DNA from: Eledone cirrhosa
Lineage: Eukaryota
Assembly (NCBI GenBank): GCA_964016885.1
Contig: OZ024740.1
Span: 127,038,001 to 127,102,000, forward strand
Direction: 5' to 3'
Length of the DNA: 64,000 nt
The notes under the pieces were generated by a model that saw only the letters and a program-made list of their open reading frames with translations, made no database searches and had not been told where the DNA came from. Shown here piece by piece: positions 1-14,009 of the stretch. The translations under genes and the position numbers were made by a program. Numbering within the stretch: position 1 is the first letter of the stretch; each line of letters opens with the position of its first letter.

Positions 1-168
1 AGGGAGCAAATACTGTTGTGTGGTTAAGAAGTTCTCTTAGCAGACACGTGTTTCTGGATTCAATCTTGCTGCGATGCGTCTTAGGCTAATGTTTTCTACT
101 ATAGTCTTCGCTTGATCAATGCTTTGTACGTAGAGTCGGTGGACGAAACAGCAGAAGGCCTTCATAGA
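1..168 (+). mobile_element. Degraded tRNA-derived SINE (family A) followed by (CA)n/(TA)n tail
   Basis: A-box-like TGTGTGGTTAAG and B-box-like GGATTCAATC, followed by ...TTCTACTATAG...GACGAAAC...AGAAGGCC and a microsatellite tail. Resembles an abundant octopus SINE (recall). Confidence 0.55.
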
Positions 169-849
169 CACACACATATACACATACACACACACATACA
201 CACACACAAACAAACACACACATATATATATGGGGGGGGGGGCAGAGTTGTGGGTGTGTTTACGTTGCAGCTGTTCGCTAAAAAATGAGTAGACATGCAT
301 AATCAATTAATGGAAATAATATGAACGAATAAATCAAAACACTGCCCCAACATCGTTGCAGTTTACTACCGGAAACCACGAAAATAATGTTTTTAATTAT
401 ATTTTTTATAGATCAAAGTCGAATTTTATTTAGTTTCTGTTATATGGTGTCGATGGCACAGAAAGTGCTGTCTTTAATAAGGCCATATTTAAATACAACC
501 GTAAAAGCAAGCGATTCACAGAGATCAAACATACATCAGCCTCGCTAAATTCTAATCTATTTAAACATAAATCATCTAATCATTGATTACCACACCTTAT
601 AATTACCTCAAACGCGCACCGTTTGAAATTTACGAATGCATTATACATTGATAACCGTAGAAATGTAATTCGTTAGCGGCATAAACCATACGTCTATACG
701 GGATCTCAAACGCCATACCATACAGGTAAAGGATGGTTCAATTCGATACCCGTCTCCAGTTAAACCAACCATTGATCAGCACGAAACACAGGTATGAGGA
801 AGACGGATTTGATCACACTGTAGCTGTTACATTATTTAGTCTCGATATA

Positions 850-1065
850 AATGGTTTCTTATATAGGCACAAGGCTATCAATTTTGGGGGAAAGGAAAGT
901 CGATTAAATCAACCCCAGTGCGTAATTAGTACTTTATTTTATCGACAGTGTAAGGATGAAAGGCAAAGTTAACCTCGGCGGAATTTGAACTCAGATCATA
1001 AAGGCCGTAGCTATGTTGCAAAGAATGGTGTCCAACTTTCTATCGATACTGCCAATCCACCGCCT
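850..1065 (-). mobile_element. tRNA-derived SINE family B, long form
   Basis: Minus strand reads GGCGGTGGATTGGCAGTATCG (A box) ... GAGTTCAAATTCCGCCGAGGTTAACTTTGCCTTTCATCC (B box) ... GCCTTGTGCCTATATAAGAAACC. Homologous to about 8 other copies in the window. Confidence 0.85.
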
Positions 1066-1076
1066 TCCATATAATA

Positions 1077-1251
1077 ATTGTTTCTACTTTTGGCACAAGG
1101 CCAGCAATTATCCCAGTGTATTACTGGTACTTTATTTTATCGACCTCGTAAGGATGAAAGGCAAAGATAACCTCGGCGGGATTTGAACTCAGAATGACAA
1201 GGGCCGTAACTCTATGCGTCAAAACATGGCGTCCTACCCTCTACCGATACT
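1077..1251 (-). mobile_element. SINE family B, short (internally deleted) form
   Basis: Near-identical in reverse complement to 2477-2660 and 54351-54537. Confidence 0.85.
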
Positions 1252-1254
1252 GGA

Positions 1255-1484
1255 TCACTCGTACGTCCCCTTTCGGTCACGAATGATCGTGGTTTTGAAC
1301 CAACCGAAGGCAATGGTCGATTCAGTTTGGTACCTGTGACGTCGCAACACATTTCTGCAACTGAGTGAACAGAAGCAACGTGAGTGTGATGCTCAATAAC
1401 ACAACGCAGAGCACGTCCCGGGATTCGAAATCACAACCTTACGTGTTTTTACTCACTCAAGGCTCTAATCACTAAGCCATGCGC
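1255..1484 (-). mobile_element. tRNA-derived SINE family C
   Basis: Minus strand has GCGCATGGCTTAGTGATTAGAGC (A box) and GATTTCGAATCCC (B box), then a body unrelated to family B. Confidence 0.6.
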
Positions 1485-1531
1485 TTTTATGATACGTGCA
1501 TACGCAGACACACACACACGCACCCACACAC

Positions 1532-1572
<41 letters not shown>

Positions 1573-1613
1573 CACACAAATAAGTATATATGCAAAGATA
1601 TGTATATATTAAT

Positions 1614-2140
1614 ATAGGAAAAAGTATGACTCCGACGGCAGAGCTCAAGCCGTTTCGACGGGTATTTCTGTTTTGGACTAAATTGGAATTTTTAGCCTGA
1701 TGAATAAATAGCCGAACTCATTCGATTTACCTTTTCTTTAACCTCCCTCCTCCACTTTATACACTATCCTTAGAATCTGCTGTATACATATCACTTTCAA
1801 CGCTTGACCGCTCCACTCACTCCCCTATTGTTCTACAGGCAAGTTCAGCCACTCCTATCTCCCACCAAATGCCATGATAGACTTATTTGTGTTTACAACA
1901 AATATTACCCAATCCTCTTGACAACTACAATCTTCCCATATAAGGAAGTACCCCCCCCCCCATTGAAAAGTTCGGCTATTTATTCAGCAGGATAAAAATT
2001 CTAATTTAGTCCAGAAATAGCCGTCGAAACGGCTTGAGCTCTGCCGTCGGGGTCATACGTTTTCCTATTTCCCACTCTACTACACTAAGTATTGAGTACT
2101 CTGGTGCGTTATGATCCATTTGGTTCCTTACCACAATTTC
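1614..2140 (+). mobile_element. Short Penelope-like element 3' remnant with inverted terminal arm (PLE-1)
   Basis: 1614-1718 is the reverse complement of 1969-2068. The right copy contains a hammerhead motif. Flanked by TA-rich tracts. Confidence 0.6.
1958..2052 (+). ncRNA. Type-I hammerhead ribozyme candidate (U3-A8 core, long stem II)
   Basis: CCCC-A-[TTGAAAA]-G-TT-CGGCTATTT...AAATAGCCG-T-C-[GAAA]-CGGC-TTGAGCTCT-GCCG-TC^GGGG. The stem I junction has one mismatch. Confidence 0.55.
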
Positions 2141-2145
2141 TTTGT

Positions 2146-2215
<70 letters not shown>

Positions 2216-2365
2216 CAGTATTTTCCGTTGTATTGTAATATAAATATTACACACAGTAGATTGACGGCTCGCGTAGAGTTTGCTCGACGGTTCCAGTTGT
2301 AGTTCCAAAAGTAATCCGGAGAAAAATAGAAAGATTTGAATGGATACAGTTTAGTTGAAAGGAAT

Positions 2366-2688
2366 TTATTGACACGTGTTTCTATAACAGTTACATAACC
2401 TGAAAACAGCTGCTATCTACAAAGTTTTAGTTATGCAGACATTCAATATTTCAATGTTATTATTTACTTTCATTTCGGTGGATTGGCAGTATCGGTAGAG
2501 GTTCGGACGCCATGCTTTGACGCATAGAGTTACGGCCCTTGCCATTCTGAGTTCAAATCCCGCCGAGGTTAACTTTGCCTTTCATCCTTACGGGGTCGAT
2601 AAAATAAAGTACCAGTAATGTACTGGGTAATTTTCTGGCCTTGTGCCAATAGTAGAAACAATTATTTACTTTCATTTCATCAGAATAA
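2366..2688 (-). ncRNA. Hammerhead ribozyme motif interrupted by a SINE
   Basis: Minus strand: TTATT-[CTGATGA]-A...(SINE)...A-[GAAA]-CACGTG-TC^AATAA. Stem III is the palindrome ACACGTGT. Confidence 0.6.
2477..2660 (+). mobile_element. SINE family B short form with 18-bp TSD
   Basis: A and B boxes present. TSD ATTATTTACTTTCATTTC at 2459-2476 and 2661-2678. Confidence 0.92.
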
Positions 2689-3231
2689 TATTATTGAGGA
2701 CCTATTTGGTTTTTATAGAGAATATTAGGAGGGAGGGGTGAAGTTGTTAGAAGAATATTTGAGGGAGTGGTTTGTTGATAGCAGTGAGTAATTAGATTCC
2801 CATCTGTTGTTTTGACATTTTTATAGAATATATTATTGGTTATTTTTCTAAATTTATAGAAGGATTAGAGATAGTAAAGATATGCGTGGTTGGTTTTTTG
2901 TGTTTGCACTTAATTAACATTCAGACTTAAATTTTTCTTTCAAGTGTACGTATCCTTTCACCCACGCATTCACACACAAATATATTTGCAGACCTCTACA
3001 AAATACATATACTCACATTCACATATTCATACTTACATACATATACACATGCATACATATATATATACACACATGTATTCATGTACATACATACGCGTTC
3101 ATGTGTATACATTTTCATACTCAACTTATCTTTATATACACACGCATAGACACACACATATATACATACATACTCTAGTCTATGTGTACACATATACATA
3201 TACATACACATCTATACATACATATATATAT

Positions 3232-3290
<59 letters not shown>

Positions 3291-3558
3291 CACTTTAATA
3301 CATGAATACACTTACATCCTACTATACACAACAAACATATATATATATTTACTTATTTATATACATTTTCACATATATATACATACTTATGGACGTTTTT
3401 AGACACATTCATTATCGCATATTTGCACCTATTTTCATCAGCATATCTTTCCATTATTAGTGTGGTAATTTAAGGTTATTAATATATGTTGAGAAGAGAT
3501 TGTTTTTATATTTTTCTAACTAGAATGAGGTTTATATAGTTGGGGGGATGTCCCTTTT

Positions 3559-3904
3559 TTATGTAATATTCGGCTTGTAGTGGGAAAAAAGGGTTTTAGT
3601 TCTGTGACGGCAGAATAATGTTCGTTCAATTCTGTTATTCAGCAATTTCTTTTTGTGTGTGATTATATAATAAATCTCAAGATTACATAATTTGCAGAAA
3701 TTTTGGCTCCTGGAAAAGCTTTGGGTTTTAGCTAATTTCTCCCATTTTAGAGTAAACTTTTCATCGCTATCCCTGAGCGTCCAAGCTTTTTCTGCTAAAG
3801 TTGTTACATTTCTTTGGCTCTGGTGTTTTATTGAGTAAGAATGCCTATATAATCGAGATTTGAACGATGTTGCCGTTGATCCCACGTAATACCACTCGTT
3901 GCCT
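3559..3904 (-). pseudogene. Penelope GIY-YIG endonuclease C-terminal fragment
   Basis: YYVGSTATSFKSRLYRH...TTLAEKAWTL...CKLCNLE...CRH, homologous to the PLE ORFs at 28886-30829, 37102-38046 and 47374-47775. Confidence 0.85.
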
Positions 3905-3938
3905 CTGTATCCATTCAAATCTTTCTATATATATATAT

Positions 3939-3975
<37 letters not shown>

Positions 3976-4171
3976 TTGGACAAATGCAAATATGCAAACA
4001 TGTATGTATATGAAAATATATTAACCTGCATAAAACTAACCTGCATAAAACGTTTATATACTATAAACATATGCGAAGCCCCCTGCCGAATGAAATTATT
4101 TTTTCGTAGAGAGTTATTTCTCTCTATTTTCCTGTGTGAAGATATCGCAGAATTGCTAATTATATATCTAA

Positions 4172-5780
<1,609 letters not shown>

Positions 5781-6056
5781 TATATATATAGAGAGAGAGG
5801 TGGGGGAGAGATTTTCGTTGTTCTAACAGTAAACAGTATTTCTTGCATTCTAAAAAGGGAAATCTCAGTATCATCCTAGGCTTATCTTTTCCAGTCTCTT
5901 ATCCACCCTTCCTCCGTCTATCCTAACTATTTTTTTTATAAAATTCAGAGATGAATCACTCCAAATACGCAGATGAATCATTCAAGATAGAATATTACGT
6001 GGATCATTATGGATAAAAGATGGTTTGTATATAATAAAAAAAAATGAATGTTGTCC

Positions 6057-6121
<65 letters not shown>

Positions 6122-6858
6122 GTGTGTGCGAGAGTGAATGTGTGTTGTGTGCGCGCGCGGCTCTTATAAGGAAAATAAAGTATACAAATGCAAAGTAAAT
6201 ATTCATAACATGTAAACGAGAGCCTGTATACTTCTGTTTGTTTTTTTTTCGTTTTTTTTAGAAATGGGGAATGCAATTGAAGGAGGGAGAGCATTAGAAA
6301 ATAGAAGATATTGTAAATATGAAAAGAAGGAAAACTATCGTGAATATGTACAACATATTCTGCTTATACGATTTTAAGCACACACACCTGAATATGTATT
6401 ACACAAAGAGAAATATGCACTAGCATACATATGCACATACACTATCATACAGTGACACACACACGCATACACACACACATGTATATATATATATATATAT
6501 ATACATTAATAAAGTGTTGAATATTAATGAAAGGAAATGATCTGAGTGGCTAAGCCGATCTCTATTACGCGTTTACACAGATCAGAATACAAAGTGAAGA
6601 CGGAAACATGATGTTGCTTCAAAATTCGAATGTCTATTGCAAATCTAGAGTTGAAAATTCGGATATTTGCAGGCATGGGTATATGAAAGAAATTTCATAT
6701 GCAATTATATGTATGTAATGTATGTATGTATGTGTGTATGTATCTATGTATGTATGTATGCATGCATGCATATATATATATATTTTTTTTTTTTGTGTGT
6801 GTGTTTGTATGTATGTACGCTTGTGTGCATGTATGTAGATATGTATGTAATTATATAA

Positions 6859-6890
<32 letters not shown>

Positions 6891-7014
6891 TTGTTTGTAT
6901 GTATGAGTGTTGTTGTGTGCGCACGTATGTATGCGTGTGTGTGCGCGCATATGTATGCGCGTGTGTGTATGTCGTACGTATAAGTGTCAATAAGTGAGTT
7001 TTTTTTTTTTTTTT

Positions 7015-7298
7015 GCGCGGGGATATAGAAATAATCGTGCTGGATGCCCGATCGTGCAGTTAAACGACTGGGAGTGAAGAACCCCTAGCCCTTGTTAAGG
7101 CATTCTTCTAGGAGAAAGCATCTCAGGAAACTGGGTTAACTCCGGCATAAAACCTGCGGCTCAGTAGTTACCGATGATGTTGATCTTTTCTTCTTTTCGG
7201 GTTAGAGCTACTGTCGCTCAGAGAGTGGGATTGGCTCAGTGCACAGTCTTTCCTCACTTTAAAAATATTCGTCACGCACAGGCATTGGACGAGTGCAT
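7015..7298 (+). mobile_element. SINE-like repeat D, resembling RTE 5'-UTR-derived sequence; abuts the 3' end of R4 copy 1
   Basis: 7130-7290 matches 22250-22410 (CTCAGTAGTTACCGATGATGTTGATCTTTTCTTC...GTGCACAGTCTTTCC...CACAGGCATTG). Confidence 0.55.
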
Positions 7299-7299
7299 T

Positions 7300-10200
7300 A
7301 ATAATTATTAATAGTGTATGAATATTGTTCTTTGAGTCTCAGTCATTGATTTTAGTTAACTGGAAAGTTTGTTGAAATGAATATCAAGCCACTACCTGCA
7401 GCCTCAGATATTCAGGACGTATCGGAGGGTTCTTGCTGTTCCCAGCAAGCATGCCTTTTGAAGCGTTCCAAAAAGCGTGGCGCGGCCAATTTTCTTTAAC
7501 CATTCCTGGAAACTTTTTAAGATAGTACCTAGTACGCCTATGACAATCGGGACCACTTTGACTTCATGGCAGTTCCAAATCCTTTTTATCTCCCACTTTA
7601 AGTCCTGGTATCGGTTAATATTCTCCCTCTCCTTCTCTTGCACTCTCGTGTCGAATGGGCAGGCCACATCCACAATCAGGCACGATCTTTTTTCCTTGTC
7701 CAAAACCACCAGGTGAGGTGTATTGTGTTCCAGTTTCTTGTCCGTCTGTATCCTAAAATCCCATAGCACCTTCACCTGATCGTTTTCCATCACCGACTCT
7801 GGCTTATGCTCATACCACTTCTCAGAATGTGGTAAATTGTTTACTTTGCATAGGTGCCAGTGGATCACCCTGACCATCACATCATGTCTCCAGCCCTTAT
7901 AGTGAGTCTGGGCTAGGTGTTTACACTCGGATACAATGTGAGCCACAATCTCCTCTCTCTCTCCACAGATCCTGCACAGTGGGCTAGCCTCCTCCTTGTA
8001 AATATGGTGTTTCAACCACTTCCTTTTGAGGGCCTGCTCTTGTGCAGCCATTAGCATTCCTTCTGTAGCCTTTTTAAGGTCTCCTCTTTTCAACCAGTTC
8101 AATGTCTGTGGATCTCTGAATTCAGTTTTCTCAAAGAAGGTACTGTGAAGGGATTTTTCATGAAGGCTGCTCTTTCTCCTTGTTGTTATTTCCTCCTTGG
8201 ACATCCCCTGGTCTATTGTTCTCTCCTTCATTACAATTCTGAGCATTGGCTCCTTACTATCAGTCATGTATTTGTGTAGGTTGTTTTTCTCCATCTGAAC
8301 ACAGTCCTCTATGGTGATAAGACCTCTTCCACCTTCAGATTTCCTTAAGTAGAGTCTATCGACATCACTCCTCGTGTGGAACATGTTGTAGATAGTCAAT
8401 AGCTTCCTAGTCTTCCTATCCATTTCTTTTTGTTCAGCAACATTCCATCTCAGAATTTCCGCACTGTACCTAATAATAGGCACAGCTCGGGAATTTACTG
8501 CACTTATGGCATTCCTACTGTTCAGATGTGACTTTAATACGCTCCTTACTCTCCGAATGTAATCAGATCTTATCAATTCCTTCATTTTTTAGTTCTTTGT
8601 GTCATCTGCCTCCAGAACACCCAAATACTTGTATACTTCTTCAGTGTCAATTTCCTTTATCATCTCACCTGTCGGTACCTGGATTCCGTTGCTTCTGCTC
8701 AATTTACCCCTCTTCATCACAAGGACTCCTCACTTACTAATACCAAATTGCATACATATATCATTGCTGAAAATACGGACAGTGTCAACAAGCAGATCCA
8801 CCTCCTTCTCACTCTTCCCGAAAAGCTTAAGATCGTCCATGTAGAGGAGGTGATTGATGGTAAGGTCTCGCTTTCCAAACGTGTATCCTGCTCGGACTTT
8901 TCGCAGTATAATGGTCAGGGGCATCAGGGCAAGGACAAACAACAGAGAGGACAGACTATCTCCCTGGAAGATACCTCTCTTGATCTTCAGGCCTCCCAAG
9001 GATTCTCCAGCTGATGTTAATTATGTTTTCCAGGACTTCATACATTTGCCCAACAACTGTCTGATGTTATCTGCCAACTTGAAGATCTCTCGGCTATTGG
9101 TGATCCAAGAATGAGGCACCATGTCAAATGCCTTTTTGTAGTCTATCCATCCCATGGCAAGACCAGTGTGTCTCCTCTTGTAATTCCTCATTACCATTTT
9201 ATCAATAAGTAACTGGTCCTTTGTACCACGGGACTTCTTTCGGCATCCTTTGTGTTCGTCCGGTAACTAGTTGTTTGTGGAGGTGATGGTAGATTTCCGC
9301 AGACATAGTGCTTGTCAACAGTGTCCACATTACGGACAGACATGTGATAGATCTATAGTTGGTAACATCATTACCCTTGATTCGGTCTTTCATTACCAGA
9401 ACTGTGGTACCTTTTCTCAACCTCTCTTGTATCTCACCTGACATCAAGCAGTCGTTGAACATGGTTGTCAGTTTCGGGTGGAGGGATGTTATATTTTTAT
9501 TCCAATACCCCTGCACACCATCTGGGCCTGGTGATTTCCAGTTGGTTAGTTTTTTGGCCTGCCCCTTAAGAGTTTCAACTGTGATACTCAAATCAGTTTG
9601 TTGGTGTGCCTCTTCACTAATCTCCTTTTGTACTGTCTCAATCCACACTGCCTGGTGATTATGTTTAACATCCTGCTCCCATATTCCTCTCCAGAATGTC
9701 TTAGTTAGTTCCGCCTCGGAGATCAAGTCGTTGGCTCTTTCTTTCCCTTCAAACTGTCCAAACAGCATCTTCTGGTTGTTGGCAAGCATGCGGTTCTGTC
9801 TATACTGACTGACTCTGCTCTCGTATCGCCTAATTTTTGCACTCTTTGCTGCAATGCGTTGCTTCAGTTCCTCTATGATAATATTTAGCTTTTTCCTCCT
9901 AGCTTTGTACTTTATTTCCAATCTATTTTTAGTGTCTTTGTTTTTACTGTCCCATTCAGTAGGGACTCAAGCTTTCCAATGTCATTTCTCATTTCCCTGA
10001 TTTGACCATTCAGTCGTTTCTTCCACCAAGGTTCTGATCTTTCTTGTTAGTTGTTTCCTCTCGCTTTTATGCAAAGTAATTTCCTCACCCCATTTGCTGT
10101 TGCTTTGAGGATATTGTTGCACTGGTGAAGGCTCCTCGCCTCAAGGTATAGGATGATTTTGTTTACCTTAGCTGGTGTTTCTTTTAACTTTTTCCTGTCT

Positions 10201-10920
10201 ACAAATCTTAGGTTCATAGGTCTCCCACTATCATTGTTCAATTCATCTACCACAAAGTTTAGGATATCCACCAAATTTTGTCCTAGTCCGTCAGCATTCA
10301 TCTCCTCAATGGCCGTATCTCTGTTCCAGGTATTATTTATTTCAGCATTCAGATCATTGTCTGCTTCGGATGATTCCTCCGTTCTCTCAACCTCTTCACC
10401 TTCATTTACCACTGGCTCGTTTTCCTGGCATACTCCACCCTTCATTTCCAACCTAATCTCTCTGCTCAGTTCCTCCAGTTCCAGCTCGCTTTTCTACCCA
10501 TTAGTTCTTATTACCCGAGCCTGCCCGACCAATTTTTGTTCATCTAATTTAAATAGACCAATCTCGTTCCAGATGTTATGCATCCGTTTCCTATAGCCTT
10601 TCTCCTTGGGGTTACTCTTCAGGTAACATTGCATAACAGTTCTATACAATTCTTTCGTCCAGTTGGTTCTGATCCCTTTCCTTCTTCTTCTTCCTCCGAC
10701 ACCAGCAGTATTTGGTTGACAGCCAGGTCCCTGTTGCTGAGCCAGGGAGCACCTGCTGGGTGAGTGTCTGTCACATGACATTCCAGCCTCCACTTCACCG
10801 TTATTCGAACTATTTAGGTTCGACATTTAAACACTCTTATCGAGGATTGGTGGATGTATGGTTACATAACCACCAGTGATTTCATCACCCCCGGTGATTT
10901 TAGTGTGGCACTATCACGCT
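7300..10920 (-). mobile_element. R4/Dong-clade non-LTR retrotransposon (RT + restriction-like endonuclease), decayed, near full length
   Basis: Collinear ORF pieces 10826-10494, 10451-10047, 9921-9202, 8999-8730 and 8585-7404. Motifs: WKSPGPDG, GIFQGDSLS, LLYMDDLKL, CRICGEREEIVAHIVSEC zinc knuckle, and PHLVV...DVACP..E..KWE (PD-(D/E)xK-like). TAA-rich 3' end. Confidence 0.9.
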
Positions 10921-11563
10921 GTAGACGAACATAAATAAACAAACAAACAAATAGGTAAATAAAAACAAAAAAGAATAAGCATAAGTTTCATTGTAATGTA
11001 TTTTTTTTTCTTTCCCTCTCTGTCTGTCTGTTTGTTTTTCTTTTCATTTTTCTTTTCTTTACGTTTTTCGTTGTTGCTGTGCTGTTTTGTTTTTGATTTT
11101 GATTTTTGTTTTTTTGATTTTTGACCGGGTCATCAAATCAGTCTATTTATATCTTTTGATGCCTTCCTCTTTTAGTGGGGACACTACGATGCATGTCTTA
11201 GCAGGAGGTAGTGGTAGAGAATAGCGGCGGTAGTGATAATGAGGCAGTGATGGTGGTGATGTGATCGTAGTAGTGTAGTGATGGTGTTGAAATTGAAGTA
11301 GAAATAGTTGAGGTAGCTTGACTAGAGTTTTTGGCGTGGTAGTGGTGATGGTGGCGGTGGTGGTGTTAGTGGTGAAATTATTCGCCTGTCTGTCCACTTA
11401 GCCATTTAGCTATTTAGCGATTTTGCCATTTTCCTCTTTTTCGACTATAACATTTCTGATCCAAAATTAACTATTACATATTGGGGCCCTATGCCTTAAA
11501 GTGATGCGTTATTGCTTGCTGAGCGTAAAAATTGTAATAAGAATTATTTTATCACAGAATAAT

Positions 11564-11565
<2 letters not shown>

Positions 11566-11613
<48 letters not shown>
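11566..11613. repeat. (ATT)n microsatellite at the 5' flank of the Tx1 element
   Basis: Direct sequence. Confidence 0.95.
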
Positions 11614-11795
11614 GAATGCCATGGTTGACGGAGGTTCGGCTCTATAAGGTACTGTAAATTTTGACCGCTATAACAATTGTAAATTGTTTAAAACTTTAAC
11701 CAAACTGTAGACAAAAATACCCTTCTCCTCGTGAGAGGGTTCTTTCTGCCCGTTATTTGGCCCTTCGGGGTTAAATAACCGCTTATTGGGGTTTT

Positions 11796-13983
11796 GTGCC
11801 CAATGTTTATTTTAACCCCCCCCCCCCAATGGCTAGAAAAAAGAATTTTCACAAGTCATTCCCACTCATTCCGTCTTCTTCTTCCTCAATCATCACTACA
11901 GCAGAGAGAAGATTGTCTCTCTCCCTCCCTTCTCTAAATGTGTCTCTCTCCCTCCCTTCTCTTTCGCAAGCGACGCCAGTAAAGAAAAATAGTTTCCAAA
12001 ATCACGTGCATAACATGGAACATTTCTCCACGACGACGACAACGACGAAAAAGGTGTGCAGTAAATACGAAAACCCATTTCATTCGTCTGACGTCATGAA
12101 TAATAGCAGTAGCAGCCGTAATAACAGCAGCAGCAACGACAGTGACAAGGAAAGCAACAGTAGCAGCCGCAACAGCATCAGCAGCAGCATAAACAACAAT
12201 AGCATTAGCAGCAACAGCAACAACAACAGCAGCAGCAGCAACAACAACAACAACCATCACAGCAACAGCGGCGGCGGCAGTAGTCATAGTACCTGCAGCA
12301 ACAACAAAAGTAACAGCAGCTCTGACGACAACCACAACAACAACAACAGCAGCAAAGAAAAACCAATCTCGTTTGCAGGTATCGCAAAGAACCTGGAAAT
12401 AATCCTCATAACAAATGAGGAATTACAGGAAGCAAAGAAGATGGTGACGAAAACCGGACACCGAGCAATCTGCAAGGCAGCCGAAAATGTTTTCGAAACC
12501 CAACAGCACTGTACGGTCACGTACCGTACAGTAAGCACAAAATCCCGTAGGGTTGAAAGAGCCACAGAGGCTCAAATACAAAAAGCCTTAGGGTCTGTGT
12601 GGCAGCGGAAAACGCATATCACACGAGGCAAGAAATATGCCACCGTAGACGTGCTTTTTGCCACACCCCAGGAGGCAAAGGCTCAATCCTTAGTGACCCT
12701 AAGGACTGAGGAAATGCTGTTGGTGCCCTCCTACTGCGGGCAAAAAATTGTGAGGGTCAAACTGACCCACGTCCCCCAGGGATGGCCCCTTCTTCGCTGG
12801 CCGCGTCTGTCCTTGTCGGAATCGAGGACAAAACAACTGTACTGCAAGTACAGAAAAAAGTAAGAGAAGATTGGCTCGGCACCTCCATTGAGATGTTAAT
12901 CCAAATCAACCAGGAGTGCATCGAAGCTATCCCGGATGTGATAGACTTCGATAACGGCACTCAACTGCCCATAAGTGTTGAGGGAAATCGCCCGAAATGC
13001 TTTCACTGTGGATCGAACACTCACCTCAGGGCCTTCTGCAACGAGAAGACCCTGAGAAAGGAGAAAACCCCCTCCTTCCGAAACCTACTCCACTGCTACC
13101 AGCAACAGGACAAGCAGCAACCAGGAACGATAGGTGCGTGGCACCCATATCCACGCCACAGAAATCAAGAACAGCAGCAGCAGTGGAAATATTAACAACA
13201 ACAACAGTAAAACCAACTGCAGCTGCAACAGAGACTCCACTGCAAACATCACCAACAACAAGAAGTGAAAGAGTGGAGCTGGTACCCCTCCCCGACCTCA
13301 CAGAATCAGACATGGAGTGTCAGGTGGGAGAGGGATGGCAAAAGGTCGCAAGAAGGCACAAAGGCAGAAGCAGCGCATCGTCGCCTTCGAAAAGGGAGGA
13401 AAGAAATGAAAAAAGAGTAAAGGCTACTGCAAAGAGACTCATAGCAGCAACACCACCAACACCATCACCACCCACACTAACACCACCATCACCACCGGCA
13501 ACAACCCCACCGCCAACAACAACAACACCTTCAACACCACCACCACAAGCACCAACATCGCAAACACAACAACAAAACACACACACCCAGCAACAACGAC
13601 AAGAAAATAGCAGAACCACACCCCACCTCCAGAAAAACAAATGCACGGCAATAAATACACACAACAAGAAATTAATGACTTACATAATTGAACACACAGA
13701 CATTTCACAGCACGAATACATAATACCAGCACCAATCAAAACACCAACGAACATAAGACTGGTAAGAATAGCACAGAAACAATACACAAACATTAAAACG
13801 AAATTCCCCAACGCAGTTGGTGATTTCAGTGACCTAGGAGGGACTCTCAACCGGAGAGTATATTCGGACATACTCATAGAAGATCCGACGACCAGCCGAA
13901 GGGACGATTCAACGGTCCCTTCACCAGACGATCAAGTGAAAAGAGATGGAGAAACCATCCTTCCTCTAAGAAAAGTACAGTAA
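11796..13983 (+). pseudogene. Tx1 ORF1 (gag-like, CCHC knuckle), frameshifted
   Basis: Pieces 11796-12863, 12782-13195 and 12997-13983. Motifs: SFAGIAK, RPKCFHCGSNTHLRAFC knuckle, GWQKVARR, and a P/T-rich tail. Confidence 0.8.
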
Positions 13984-14009
13984 GTGGTCTTTCCCATCTT
14001 TTCCACTCC

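Larger units (their letters stand above)
2217..3928 (-). mobile_element. 5'-truncated Penelope-like element (PLE-2)
   Basis: GIY-YIG C-terminal fragment at 3559-3904, a 3' UTR carrying (CA/TA) tracts, and a hammerhead motif at 2366-2688. A perfect 24-bp inverted arm at 3905-3928 matches 2326-2349. Confidence 0.75.

Noticed and set aside
850-1065. tRNA genes suggested by A/B boxes in SINE heads
   Set aside because: No cloverleaf; the boxes are embedded in repeated SINE bodies with TSDs.
6540-6625. Possible PLE end or hammerhead remnant (TTACGCGTTT)
   Set aside because: Only a stem-III-like palindrome; no core found.
11934-13735. Antisense ORFs rich in V/A/G/C over Tx1 ORF1
   Set aside because: Shadows of trinucleotide-rich (AGC/AAC/ACC) sense sequence.
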